The position numbers were made by a program, and so were the translations under genes. This document shows, piece by piece, positions 26,301 to 39,368 of a stretch of 64,000 nt of DNA. This stretch comes from Eledone cirrhosa. Lineage: Eukaryota. Positions within the stretch are counted from its first letter, which is position 1, and each line of letters starts with the position of its first letter. Location of the stretch: positions 35,340,001-35,404,000 of the forward strand of contig OZ024742.1 of assembly GCA_964016885.1 (NCBI GenBank), in the 5' to 3' direction. The notes beneath the pieces are model-generated. The model was not told where the DNA came from. It was given only the letters and a program-made list of their open reading frames with translations, and ran no database searches.

Positions 26301-26973
26301 AGTATTGAAGCGGTACTTAATTTATTGGCATCACAATGATGGACAGTAAAGTTGACCTTGACGTAATTTAAATTCAGAGTGCACAAATGAATGCCCGTAG
26401 TATCACACTCGACATTTTAACACCACCACCAATACGCTGCCATATATATATATCTGAGTTGCGGCCCTTTACGTTCTGAGTTCAAATCCCGCCGAGGTCA
26501 ACTTTGCCTTTCATCCATTCGAGGTCGATAAAAATAGTACCAGTTTAGTACTGGGGTCTATTCTTTCTCTATATCTATCTTTCACTTCCATTCTCTAACC
26601 CTCTATCCTTCACTGGAAGAAATCTTCTGTATTCCGAACTGAAGAGGAAATGGGCTGCTCCAGCTTTTAAAATGCCCTAAGAAATGCCGTATACGGCGCC
26701 CCTACGACTCAGTCGGGAGTTACGGGAAAATACATGCATATTATAATATATTTAATATATATAAATATGAATATATATATATATATATATAAATAATATA
26801 TATATATATATATAAATAATATATATATATATATACGTGAAAATGCAGCCATTCTTTGCTTAAACTTTAATCTGTTATTTTAATAAATATTTGCTCTAGG
26901 GTTCTTATATATTTGATATATATTTATCCTTATTGAGCCCTCTTTGGATTTAAGTCTTCAAATTTATTATTAC

Positions 26974-27010
<37 letters not shown>

Positions 27011-27100
27011 ATGTGTAGTTGACAGCTGAGAGAAAGGAGTATTCAATACCGAAGTAGAATTCATATATTCATCTTATTAAGGCTAAATAGTGATTTAGTC

Positions 27101-27161
<61 letters not shown>

Positions 27162-27472
27162 AAAAGTAAATAGATCCTCCAACGGTTTTGAGGAAACAGA
27201 ACTACCTGCCTATTCATGTCGAACACCGATTTTAGTTCCAAGCCCAAACCAAATTATCCATTCTGCTGGTCTAATAGAGGTCATTTACTAATAATTCCTA
27301 GGAGATTATTGCCATGTTACTAATAACTTATTCCCTACCAAACCTCTATATTACACATTTGTTTATTTGCTAAAAATATTATAAAGGTGGGAAAAAGTGC
27401 AAAGGTTTTTGCAATATTAATTAATATATATTTATCCTTGGTAATCAAGGTAATTCTGGTAGTTGTAGTTGC

Positions 27473-27524
<52 letters not shown>

Positions 27525-27768
27525 TTTGCTTTCCCATTTTTATTCGATGTAACCTCCAAATCCCTATTTTGTTCGTCTTTTTACTGGCTCTCTAGTGGCC
27601 AAAAGAGGAAAATATCATCATCATCATCATCATCATCATCATTTTTATTATAATTATTACAATAATTATTATTTCCATTTTTATTTTTATTGTGCATCAT
27701 TACTGCTTTACCGAGCACAGCTTTCTGCTCCTTGGGTATGAGCAGTGTAGTCTTTGCTGATGTTGTTT

Positions 27769-28050
27769 CTATTGTATTGATAGTATTTTCGCAATGTGTG
27801 TGCAGTGCTTAGTAGTGCTTTCTTTTGTATGCTGTATATATTTGTAAGTCCCGGTGTTTTCGTCATGTAATTGTCTTTGAGTTTTTTTTATCATTCCTAG
27901 AGCACCTATTATTATAGCTATTGTTTCTGTTTTCATTTCCCACATTCGAGTTATTTCTATCTCTAGATCTTTATATTTGGAGAGTTTCTCTATTTCATTG
28001 CGGAGATTGATACATCTATTAGAAGGCATTTTTTCTTTGTGGTCTTTGAC
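27769..28050 (-). mobile_element. R4/Dong-like LINE, restriction-like endonuclease 3' fragment
   Basis: EKLSKYKDLEIEITRMWEMKTETIAIIIGALGMIKK. Confidence 0.75.
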
Positions 28051-28173
28051 TATATTATTATTATTGATATTAATGCTGTCATTATTGTTTGCAGTTGCTG
28101 TGTTATTACTTAGATAAAATAATTAATTTACACCTTTTTCTGTACATTCAGGTTTCTTGCGATAGTTATGGTA

Positions 28174-28573
28174 CAGCTATTCCTCACTTAACGACCAACC
28201 CGTTTAACGACGGCTCTTACTTACGACTGTACATTTTATGTGCACACTTTATCTATTATGTTCTCTTTGAATTTCTTTCATATAATTTTGGTTTCAAAAT
28301 ATTTTTTATTTATTATGTTTGTAACAATTTTACAAAATAAAATAAATTTACATTTACTAACATAGTATTTGCATTAGACCTTTTTGAATTTCTTTATTCA
28401 GATAATTCATTTAAGATAAAACTGGTACTTAGTGACTTTTCATACTCTCATGGACTCCATTACCAGGTCATTGGAACAGAATTTGGTCGTTAAGTGAGAC
28501 GTTCGTTTACTGATCAATTCGCTTTATGACCATGTTTTAGAACAGAGTCTGATCGTCAAGTGAGGAGTTGCTG
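28174..28573. mobile_element. Tigger/pogo-like MITE
   Basis: TA-CAGCTATTCCTCACTTAACGAC ... GTCAAGTGAGGAGTTGCTG-TA; internal TTAACGAC/GTCGTTAAG repeats. Confidence 0.75.
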
Positions 28574-28735
28574 TATATAAATGATAAATGTATATTGGTG
28601 GTGGCGGTGATAGTTGTGGTGATGATTGTTGTTGTTGTTGTGGTAGTGGTGGTGTTGGAGATTATGGTAGATGTGTGAAGTACGTATGATTTGTGAAATG
28701 AAGGGTAAGTAAAGATAAAAGTACAGAGGTGTATA

Positions 28736-28741
28736 TTTATT
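28736..28741 (-). terminator. Candidate AATAAA polyadenylation signal of the GPCR gene
   Basis: AATAAA on minus strand about 130 nt after the stop codon; the motif is common in AT-rich DNA. Confidence 0.3.
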
Positions 28742-28870
28742 TTCTCGATTTCTCTATATCTGAGAGAATATCATTCAAGTTTTCCTCTTCCTCCCCTTCT
28801 TCTCCCTGTTGTTGTTGTTGATATTGTTGTTGCTGGCTGTTGTTGTTGCTGTTGTTGTTGTTGCTGTCGT

Positions 28871-29716
28871 TTATTGCTGTTCTTGAGGTTCTCCTCGTCT
28901 CAGGAACTCCGTTTCGTCTCCGTAGCTGCTTCCGTCGTCGGTCAAGGAAATATCATACGCGTTGGTCGTTTTGGTTAATGGTGTGGAATCATCGCTGAGG
29001 CTCTCTGGTTCGTCAGGGCTTCTACAACCAGCGTGATCCCTCTCACCAATACCACCACCATCACGGCCAGCACCACCGCTGCCGCTACTATTACTACCAA
29101 CATTACGGTCACCATTATATCCTGGTTCTAATTCTTCCATCCCTGCATTGACTTCCTCTGTCACCGTCACAGCTGCTGCTTCTGCCGCGGCTGATGCTGC
29201 TGCTTCTGCCGCAGCTGCAGCCATTAATGACGAAGTGTCTGTGACATCGAAACAGTCAGATCCTTCCAACGTGACCGGATGATTGCTGCTGCTGTGGTTG
29301 TTGGCGTCGACAAATCCTGTTGGATATTGAACTTGTACATTACCGATCTTGTTCTTTTTCCCTGGTGGACTACAACTATTGCAGCAATTGTCACCTCTCC
29401 CTTGGAAGAGTCGTTTGTCTGTGTCGTTTTCTATATAGTCTTCCTCTACGTTGACATTGTCGTAGTCATTGTGTTGCTGCTGCTGTTGCTGGTATAGATC
29501 GTCATTGCTGTTTGGAGCTGATATTGAAGAAATCTGAGGAGATGGAAGGGAGGAATGCGATACCGGAACTTTGGGGTCTTTACCGGAAGCGCTCCCATTT
29601 CGACTGACTTCCCCGTTGCTGTTGTTGGTGGACTTGTTCAGTAAGTTGGGATGTTTCTCGCTAAGGGTTGCTCTTTTGCGTTCAAAGCTGCATAAATCCG
29701 TAGTGTTGGTCGTCAC
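28871..29716 (-). CDS. Adhesion GPCR terminal coding exon: long low-complexity cytoplasmic tail
   Basis: Acceptor cag|GTG ACG in phase 0 inside the 306-aa ORF 28871..29791; 281 codons to TAA; polyQ, polyA and G/S-rich tracts; higher GC than flanks. Confidence 0.82.
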   Translation of the reverse strand: MTTNTTDLCSFERKRATLSEKHPNLLNKSTNNSNGEVSRNGSASGKDPKVPVSHSSLPSPQISSISAPNSNDDLYQQQQQQHNDYDNVNVEEDYIENDTDKRLFQGRGDNCCNSCSPPGKKNKIGNVQVQYPTGFVDANNHSSSNHPVTLEGSDCFDVTDTSSLMAAAAAEAAASAAAEAAAVTVTEEVNAGMEELEPGYNGDRNVGSNSSGSGGAGRDGGGIGERDHAGCRSPDEPESLSDDSTPLTKTTNAYDISLTDDGSSYGDETEFLRRGEPQEQQ

Positions 29717-30861
29717 CTGTTGGGTATAAAACACTAAGAATGATAACTCAGAATGGTGTCCCTTATTTGACCATTTACTGAGCGGGATCAATTGAAAGAT
29801 ATAGATAGATAGATAGAGACAGATAAATAAAGAGAAGAAAGGAAAATATAGAGAGAATTAGAAGCATGTATCGTTAAAGCATTAAAAATTAAGAAGCAGA
29901 TGCATTTCAAATTGAATTTATGCATTTAAAGAGTTAATGCATCTTATACAATTTACAAAAAGGAAAAGAAATTCGATGTATTTTTATGCAGCATATATGC
30001 ACATACTTATTTAAATAAATGCAAGTTATATGTATACATATATATCTATATAAGCATATGTTATTATGGAAAAGATGCACACATTTATATTTATATGTTA
30101 TGTATTTAAAAAAAGAAAGGAGCTGACCATCAGATTAGATTGAAACTGTTTTAATCGGTCTTTCATTGCTGATATTATCTGCCTCTGGCGACCTCTGGTA
30201 GAAGTTGGTGGAATATGAACTCAGAATGCACCAAGCCTGATCAGATACCGTAAAGCATTACATTCGATCTTCTAACAATACCGCCAATCCACTGCACCCG
30301 AACTGTTTCTTTATTTATCGACTCCGAAAACATGAAAGGCAAATTTGACCTCGGTGGGATTTTAACAAAGAGCGGGGAGAGTCTGAAAAAAATCTGACAC
30401 TCTAATGACTGCCTGGTCACCGCTGCCGTTACACACTGATTTCTTATTAGGCACAAGGCCAGCAAATTTTTGAGGGAAAAGACGAAGTTGATTAAATCAA
30501 TTGGTACTTTATTTTATCGATCTCGGATGGATGAAAAGTAAAGTTGACCTCGTCGAGATTTGAACTTAAAACGTAAAATAGCCAGAACAAATACTACAAT
30601 GGCATTTTATTTGATATCCTGCTAATCCAGCATAATCCTGTCGTTACATATTAATATTACATGTTACATGGATTTAATTATTAAGAAAATATACAATTTA
30701 TGAATCTGATGTAATATTGTTACAAGACAAATGCACATGATACCATTTCATAGATGCAAGTTAAGAAAACAAGAAACCATATGCACAGTGTAGAGAAGGT
30801 GGAGGTGGCAAAATGATGCATATATTTACACGAAGAATGAAAAATAGTGCAAAAAACTTAC

Positions 30862-31002
30862 AGATGTAGAAGAATCCCGCACCAGCTTTTTGCCCCCCGA
30901 CGAAAACTCGCCGTATGTCTCAAAATCCACGGAACTCTTCCGACCTGCAGACATAGTACTTCGTTTTCTGCCAAAATACTTTCTTTTGATTGCATTGCGA
31001 AC
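30862..31002 (-). CDS. Adhesion GPCR exon: helix 8 and proximal C-tail
   Basis: aag|GTT CGC...TCT|gtaagt, 141 nt: VRNAIKRKYFGRKRSTMSAGRKSSVDFETYGEFSSGGKKLVRDSSTS. Confidence 0.88.
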
Positions 31003-31199
31003 CTTGAAAGTAAAAAGAAATGAAAGAAAACGATTTATTATTATTATTTACGGTGTCAATAAAATAAAGTACCAGTAATACAATGAGGTCGATTTAATCG
31101 ACTTTCCCCTCCCCCTAAATTATTGGTCTTGTGCCTAAATCAGAAACCATTTTTTTTCGTTTGATTTCTATTTTATTTCATCTTCAAGTCCGGTCTCAA

Positions 31200-32070
31200 C
31201 CAGCGACCTAAGGTATGTATACATTAGATGGAAAGAAACTTCCTGAGAAGGTGAGCGGTTGATGTCAGTACAATCCTTTGAACATCGTAGACTGTTGGTT
31301 TCTCTGGGATCCGGTTAAAATAATTGTCGGTAACTTTCTTGATCATTCCCAGGGCACCCACAACAACATGGATGATTTTAGTTTTTAATTGCCCCATCCT
31401 GGATATCTCAAGCTCAAGGTCCTTGTATTTGGGTAGTTTTTTTTTCAAATTCTTTTGCTGAGATATTTCTATCAGTAGGCATCGTCATATCTTAACAAGT
31501 ATGTTTTTTATTATCATTGTTATGACTTGATATCTCAGTCATTGAAGTTATTAAACCGGAAAATTTACCCAAATGAAAATCAAACCATTACCTATAGCCT
31601 CAAATATTCAGAACGTATCGGAGGGTCCTTGCTGTTCTCAGTAGGCATGCCTTTTGAAGTGTTCAAAAAAAGGAGACTGGGCTAATGTTCTTTAGCAAGC
31701 CATAGAAATTCTTCGAGATAGCACCTAGTGCTCCTATGACGATGGGGATGACCTTGATCTCCTAACAGTCTCAAATCCTTTTCAGTTCCCACTTTAGATT
31801 CTGCTACCGGTTAATTTTCTCCTTCTCCTTTTCTTGTGTCAAAGAGGCAAGCTACATTTATAATCATGCAAGATTTGTTTTTCTTTACAAAAATCACCAG
31901 GTCAGGCCTATTGTGTTCTAATTTTTTATCTGTTTGTACCCTGAAATCCCATAGAACTTTCACCCAGCTCTGGCTTATGCTCATACCATTTCTCAGAATG
32001 AGGTAAATTACTCAGGTTGCATAAATGTCAGTGGATCACTTTTCCTATGATATCATGCCTCCATCTTTTA
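31200..32070 (-). mobile_element. Two R4/Dong-like LINE 3' fragments (intronic)
   Basis: KYKDLELEISRM...VVVGALGMIKK...VQRIVLTSTAHLLRK (31224..31448); IHWHLC..KWYEHKP, VLWDFRVQTDK, NRPDLV motifs at about 31890-32040. Confidence 0.75.
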
Positions 32071-32192
32071 TTTATGTTTAAAAAGAACATGAACGAACAA
32101 TAACAACAATAAGAAGAAAAAACGATAACAACAGTGACAACAATAACGATAACAATAAGGATAAAAAAGAAAAAAAGACAAGCGATACTCAC

Positions 32193-32234
32193 ATCAATAT
32201 TCATCAAGCAATGGAATATAAAGAAAAAGAGACC
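32193..32234 (-). CDS. Adhesion GPCR micro-exon: end of TM7
   Basis: cag|GGT...GAT|gtgagt, 42 nt: GLFFFIFHCLMNID completing QGxFIFxxHC. Confidence 0.93.
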
Positions 32235-33527
32235 CTGTAAGAATTAAAAAAAATATTTTCATTTAATATAGTTGGCAGTCATAAGAAAGTCGGATAGAAT
32301 GCTTCGCCGTGGTTAACTTTGCCTTTCATCCCTTTAGGATCGATAAATAAAGTACCAGTTCAGTTCTGGAGTCGATTCTTCCTCTAGCTCATTTTCTCTT
32401 TCTCCAAAAGAAATTGGTTATGTTCAGGCCCGGAGAGAGATCGGCTCCGACAGGTTTAAATGCCTAATGTATGCTGAAAGTTTGGACTGCGCTCTTATGA
32501 CTCCATCTGGTGTTCAGATCACCACATCCACTCATGAACATTATCGATTTTTAATACATGAATAAAGCCATGTTATTTTAGGAAGGGGTACAGGAGATTA
32601 TATCGACTCCAATACTTGACTGGTACTTAATTTTATCGAACCTAGAAAAATAAAAGTGAAATCACCCCGTGGGATTTGAACTCAGAACATAAAGGAATGC
32701 AAATGAATTTTATTCGTCACGTTCCCAATTCTGGGATATGATTATGAACAGCATGGAATACTAAAATAAACATATAGATGGTTGAATAATTGTTTTTAAT
32801 TTAGGCACAAGGACAGCAATTTGTTGGAAGGGGAAAACCAATTATATCGACTCCAGTATTTTACTGGTACTTTATTTTATCGCCTCCAGAAGAATGAAAG
32901 GCAAAACTGACACCGGTGGGATTTGAACGCTGCAAATCATTTTGGCATTCGTCAATACACTTCCCTTATAGATTCACTGTATAATAGCAATTGAATGCTT
33001 TACGTTAAATAGATTATATATTCGACTACATTATCCAATACATTCTTGTTGTTCTTTTTATAAAGGGGGACAGGGACGGAAAGAATTTGAGGAAGAATCA
33101 GCTACTGTTTCTAGCAGGCTGTGAGACCGTATATAACATTTCTCGACCGTTGTCTTTTAGCATCAGATAAAATTTGATCATGTATATATATGATCAAAAG
33201 TAATCCAGCCGTGATTGTCTGGTTAATTCTTTTAGACATATTACTATATGTATCCAAGTTTTTTAAAGATTTTGTACATAGTCGTGTCCATGTGTGTCTC
33301 AAGAAGCTACTAAAATGGTTGGTGCCAGGAAGAGCATCCGTTTGTAAAATATTTCCTCATGTTAACATGGAAAAGTCAAACGTAAAAATGGTGATGATGA
33401 TGATCATGGCGATGATGATGTATCAAAGATTACACTATCCTATATGACTCCCCGTTTCCTATTATTTAGGACGGTCGGATGAGATTTGATGGGGAGTTGG
33501 TTGTTATTTTTAGCAGGTAGAGTCATG

Positions 33528-33838
33528 AATCTTGGGTAATGACCGAAAGAATGCGATCATGGATACAAGCGGCCGAAATGGGGTTCCTCTGAAGGGATTT
33601 GGAGTAACGTTGCTCGACTGAGATCGTAGCTCGAGGATCAGAAAATCATTCTAGGTAGAACCACTACTTCTCCAACTTGAGAGATCACAGCTGCGATACT
33701 ATGGGCACGTAGTTAGAATGTCTCGGGAAAAAAATCACTGGATAGATTTTATGGACAAAAGACTGGATATATTTTACGACAGGAGACCCAGGGGTAGACC
33801 CCGAAGATGATGGTTGGATAACATCCATGAGCTGGGCT
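33528..33838 (+). mobile_element. RTE LINE 3' fragment
   Basis: IQAAEMGFL, QLRYYGHVVRM, RPRGRP..WLDNI motifs with frameshifts. Confidence 0.75.
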
Positions 33839-34297
33839 GCATTGCATATACTTTGACTCTTAATATCGTTTAAAGATTGAACAGAAAAAGTCCAAAATAA
33901 GTTTGTTATTTCAAATAATTATAATTAGTACGTTTAGTAGTCGTCAGATAGTTATAATTTTTCAGAAAAATTAAGTAAAACTTTAATTTTCATCGTGATG
34001 CATTCAGAATTCTGTTTTGAACTTTCCAAGAATGACTTCCTAATGTGGTTCTATGCAGTATAGATCGTTAAGAGTTAAACATTATGGAGATTTTCGTTGT
34101 ATTTTGAACACTAGTTAATGATTATGTGGTATACAATAAATGATAATTTGTGATTACCCGAGTGAAAATATAACCGGATACTCTCATTATTTGATTGTGA
34201 TTGGGACAGTTTTTATGTGATTTATGTGGTAATAAAGAAATGGTATAACGGTTATATATAGATAGGTATATACCTATTTATATGTATACACACATAA

Positions 34298-34350
<53 letters not shown>

Positions 34351-34644
34351 CGATTCCAACCGTGACTAATCCCACTGAAACGTTTCGTGAAATAGTCTTT
34401 TTAAGACTATTCCAAACTGAAGGATGAGTATTTAAACTTTATTTTATTCTGAGTTAAGACTCTATTGGTTTTTTCCCTGGATTTCACAAAATCTGTGGAT
34501 AAAATCTCTGTCTTGATTTTTTTTTAATTGAGTTTGAATTATTTTCTCATATCTTACGTTAAATATTTTCCATTTTGACGTTATAGTCACTTATATATTA
34601 TGAAATACTGTTGGCTTCTTGCTCACATTAATTTTTCTATTTTC

Positions 34645-34735
<91 letters not shown>

Positions 34736-35384
34736 CATACATATATATATATATAAAGAGCAAAGATCAAGTCCAGTCCATAAGTTGACATTATCAAGCC
34801 GAATATATATATATGTGTATATATTCATACACACGTACATATATTCGCACATACATATAGACATACGTATACACACATATATATTATATATATATATGAG
34901 TGTAATTTATTACTTTAAATTGAGTCTGGCACACCCTATTGTTCATAGTTAGTATTTTTTTCACCCTAGTGAACCTGGTCTCTTACAGTTTGAACACATG
35001 TATGTTTATATTTGTATTTATCTCTCTTTTATATTCAATTATATTACACGGCTCAGAAAAACTTATTTCTTTGAGCTATTTAATTGTAAGAGACTAGTTT
35101 GAGTTTCTAACTCAATATATACCTTTGATATATATATATACATGGTTGACTGAATGCACACGTGCTTTTTCTCAAAAAACATTTTCCCGTTCCATCCTCT
35201 ATCTTTCTCCCTCGTGCTTTATTTCTCATTCTATCTTCTGAAACGTAAAGGCATTTTTCCTACTGCATCTAGCGTTAAACTAATATATATTTCTTCATTG
35301 TACTGTGTTGTTTGCGTTGTTGTTTCCCTTTACCTTTTGCATATATATATATATAGTTATGTAATAAACAACATAAGGCAATTA

Positions 35385-35445
35385 TTTCATTTACCAGTGG
35401 TTTCTTAAAAGCAAAAAAATTTTGCTTTCAATCATCAGAATGAAA
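35385..35445 (-). ncRNA. Type I hammerhead ribozyme (intronic, sense to GPCR)
   Basis: UUUCAUU-CUGAUGA-UUGAAAGCAAAA(uuu)UUUUGCUUUUAA-GAA-ACCacuGGU-A-AAUGAAA. Confidence 0.82.
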
Positions 35446-35647
35446 AAATCCTGGCGTATTTATTGACGGTGGATTTTAAAAACAAAAACCAAATTTTTGC
35501 TTTTAAGAAACCACTGGTAAATGAAATAATTGCCTTATGTTGTTTATTACATAACTATTAAGCTCTGTTACCTACATAGAGCACTCTTTTTTCCTGGACT
35601 TTTCCGACGGAATTACTTCATTCATTCACACATATATATATATATAT

Positions 35648-35884
35648 AATGGAACCTCGGTTCACAAACGGTGTTTCGTGTAACAAATTATTGGCAACAA
35701 ACATGGAGTATTGGCAGGAAAGCGTCACTTGGTGTGTCGTTAGTTACTATGGTGATATCTGTCTGTCTGTCTCTCACACAGTCTCCCTTTCACTGTATTT
35801 CTCTCTCAACCTTTCGTATGGGAAAAATTTCGGGTGACGAACGGACTTCAGGAACGAATTACGTTCGTGAGCCCAGGTTCCACT
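35648..35884. mobile_element. Tigger/pogo-like MITE
   Basis: TIRs TGGAACCTCGGTTCACAAAC / GTTCGTGAGCCCAGGTTCCA. Confidence 0.65.
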
Positions 35885-35903
35885 CTCTCTCTCATTCTCT
35901 CTC

Positions 35904-35957
<54 letters not shown>

Positions 35958-35958
<1 letters not shown>

Positions 35959-36826
35959 GAGGTGTGTCAGAAAAGTTCCAGGACTGATGTCACAAAAGAT
36001 TTATTTCAAACCCAAACTTCACACTAAGAGTTTTCTCCTTTAAAGTAATCCCCCTGGAGTATGTAACTGTAATCTTAGCTCTCTGCAGCGATCAAACTTT
36101 TTTTCTTCATAATTTTATATACATGTCCTCTGTTTCAGGTCGTCAAGCAATGAGCACAGAACAACGAACAAACTTGAAAACCCCGCCAGAAGCACTGGGA
36201 TTGCTGCAGCAAGTGTGTGGAGATGAGACGATGTCATGCTCACGTGTTTTTGAGTGGTGCAAGAGGTTTAAAGAAGGACGCGAGGACGTGGAAGATAACC
36301 CCAGGAGCGGAAGGCCCTCCACAACCAGGACTAAGGTCAACGTTGAGCGCGCCAGGCAGATGGTGCGTAGCGATCATCGGCTGACTGTTCGACTGATGGC
36401 AAATGAGCTGGGCATGAATCGGGACAACGTCTGGAAGATTCTCACTGAAGATTTGGACATGCGGAAAGTCTGCGCGAAGATGGTGCCAAAACTGCTGAAC
36501 GATGACCAGAAGGGTCGACGCATGCAAGTGTGTCAGGACATCCTCGAGCATCTTGAAACCGAACCAGACTTGCTAGGGACAGTCATCACTGTGATGAGTC
36601 ATGGATCTTTTGAAGACGTGGACGACATCAAAAAGGCCGTGACGACGGAACTGCGGATGATCCCGGAAGAATCCTTCCAGGAGTGCATGCAAGCGTGGCA
36701 GAAAAGGATGGAAAAGTGCATTAGACTTCAGGGGATTACTTTGAAGGAGAAAACTCTTAGTGTGAAGTTTGGGTTTGAAATAAATCTTTTGTGACATCAG
36801 TCCTGGAACTTTTCTGACCCATCTCG
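35958..36826 (+). mobile_element. Internally deleted mariner transposon
   Basis: About 100-bp TIRs (CGAGGTGTGTCAGAAAAGTTCCAGGACTG / CAGTCCTGGAACTTTTCTGACCCATCTCG), TA flanks; ORF 36123..36794 with HTH, PRSGRP and KMVPKLL; catalytic core deleted. Confidence 0.93.
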
Positions 36827-36840
36827 TATATATATATATA

Positions 36841-37977
36841 CTAGCATTAAAGTCCGGAGTTGCTCGGGATCAGTAAGTTACCAAAGTTAGGTTGCACCAC
36901 CCATTTTATGGCAGCTCTTTTTTGTCTGCCAGGCACTGGGTGAAGGAATTGCAGATCTGGACTGCCGAAGCAGGAGCTGCGTCAGCAGTGACATTGTAGT
37001 TTCGCCTATGGATATTATCTCTGTGCAAAGAAGTGTTGAAATTTATTGTTTCACAGTACTTGCGCAACACGCGCGTAGACGATGCCAGCCGAACAACAGA
37101 GCTGCGATGGAGTTGTTCTGCATGGTTGTCTAATGTGTATTTTCTAAATTTAAGACAGTAGGGAGGGGTGTGATATGGGGGAGAGTTAGCTGCTGTTTCT
37201 AGCAGGTTTAGTGACCTCATAGAGGATATGTTTTCTAAATTTAAGACAGTAGGGAGTGGTGTGATATGGGGGAGAGTTAGCTGCTGTTTCTAGCAGGTTT
37301 AGTGACCACATAGAGGATATTATTGTGTATAGTAAATGAACTGATACTTCTTTCTTCCACGTTCGTTGATAGATGTTTTAAAAAAAGATTTATCGCTATT
37401 TTTTTTGTTGTTGAATAAATTTATGTGTTGCTTTTGAATATCGGGGAGAGTTAGCTGCTGTTTCTAGCAGGTTTAGTGACCTCATAGAGGATATTATTGT
37501 GTATAGTAAATGAACTGATACTTCTTTCTTCCACGTTCGTTAATAGATGTTTTAAAAAAGATTTATCGCTATTTTTGTTGTTGTTAAATAAATGTATCTG
37601 TTGCTTTTGAATAATTGTTGTTTCGCATGAAATGTAATAAGTTCTCTTTGTCATTGAAGTAAATAAATATTTGACCATTCCACACTAAAAAAACAAACGT
37701 TCTCTCTCTCTCTCCCTCTCACTCTCTCTCTCTTTTAAAGTTTAAGGGGAGTAGAGAGAGGATACCTGATTGTATTAGAGGGGTAAAGCGTCATGTATTT
37801 AGTTTTATCGATTATTTCCGTAATTGTGGGTGAGTATGAATGAAATAAATAGTCGTTGACCTAAGTTTACAACATTCTTACAGACTTTGAGTCGAATCGG
37901 TTTGAAATTGTGCAAATGTATAAACATGGAACATGCACACACACACACAACAACAATCTGCCTTTTATAGATAATGA
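36841..37977 (-). mobile_element. Non-autonomous Helitron with internal tandem duplications
   Basis: Minus strand starts TC..TATAAAAGGCAG, ends CCCG-agcaactc-CGGA..CTAG|T; internal duplications at 37139-37320 and 37268-37613. Confidence 0.68.
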
Positions 37978-38336
37978 TATATATAATATATCATAAATTA
38001 TATATATATTATATATATATATATATATAATATATATAATATATATATATATATATAAGTTTATCCTGGGTTCAATCGGGCAATCAGGGGTAACCACAGT
38101 AAGTAAGGTACTCAATACATAGCAGAGTATAAATATTCAATATACATATACATTTAATATTACATATTATATATATTATATCATATTATATATATACATA
38201 TATATGTGTGTATGTGTGTCTGTGTGTGTGTATATATATATATATATATAGCCCTGTAGCGATTTTCATTAGTAAGTATTCAGAACAAACAACATCCTAA
38301 CGTTCCACAAATCTGATCCATTACTTTATTTATAAT

Positions 38337-38522
38337 AATTGTTTCTACTTTAGGCACAAGGCCAGCAATTACCAGTGCATTACTGGTACTTTATTTTATC
38401 GACCCCGTAAGGATGAAAGGCAAAGTCAACCTCGGCGGGATTTGAACTCAGATCGTAAAGGGACGTAACTATGCTGGAAAGCATGGCGTCCGACCCTCTA
38501 CCGATACTGCCAATCCACCGCC
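38337..38522 (-). mobile_element. SINE family 1, full length
   Basis: Near identical to the 11775 and 60036 copies; imperfect TSD TTACTTTAWTTATAATAAT. Confidence 0.92.
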
Positions 38523-38869
38523 CTTACTTTAATTATAATAATAATAACGAAGAAGACTCTCTCTTCCGACATTAGTGTTTGTCAATATGTAATTTCCTGC
38601 AACCTCACTATATATGATCCTGATTTTAATGACAACCACCATATTTCATTACATGATTTATTATCATTTAACGAACATTTCTCCCCCCCCTCTCCCTCTC
38701 TATCTATCTCTATCTCTCTCTCGCTTGCTTCCAGTCCCTCTCTCTCTTGCTCTATCTCATTCTGTCTGTCTTTCTCTCTCTCCCTCACAGACATACACAT
38801 AAGCATACACACTTTCTCATGCACACGCGCACACTCATTCACACACACTCACACACTATATAATATATA

Positions 38870-38974
<105 letters not shown>

Positions 38975-38980
38975 AGAGAG

Positions 38981-39043
<63 letters not shown>

Positions 39044-39193
39044 AGTACAATGACATTAGTACATTACACAAAACGCCAGCACCAACAGTTTTGCAAGAGA
39101 TGTCAATATGAATGGACCTGTTATTTTTATCTAAAGACATTTTTTCCAATTCCATCCTGCCCGTCCCCTCAATCTGTCTTATTTCTCATTCTT

Positions 39194-39229
39194 TCTTCTG
39201 ATGAAGGACTAGCGTCCGAAAGGTTAAGA
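39194..39229 (+). ncRNA. Minimal hammerhead, GGAC/GUCC family, stem III mutated
   Basis: Same element as 21746..21781 but ACGU is AGGU; further decayed copies near 59292-59327(+), 61590-61622(-), 63275-63308(-), 50085-50118(+). Confidence 0.6.
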
Positions 39230-39318
39230 CCCCCTTCCTGCTATATCAAGCGTTAACCTAATATATACCTTCCATATACTGTACCGATTGTGTTGCTATT
39301 TCTGTTTACCTTTTACAT

Positions 39319-39368
<50 letters not shown>

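Noticed and set aside
26638-26735. CUGAAGA...GAAA motif as a hammerhead
   Set aside because: Hairpins are present but I could not build a consistent stem III and cleavage site; the same holds for motifs at 21484, 23226, 25725 and 58973.
29717-29791. N-terminal part of the 306-aa ORF as a standalone gene
   Set aside because: Starts at TTG and lies upstream of a good phase-0 acceptor; better explained as intron.
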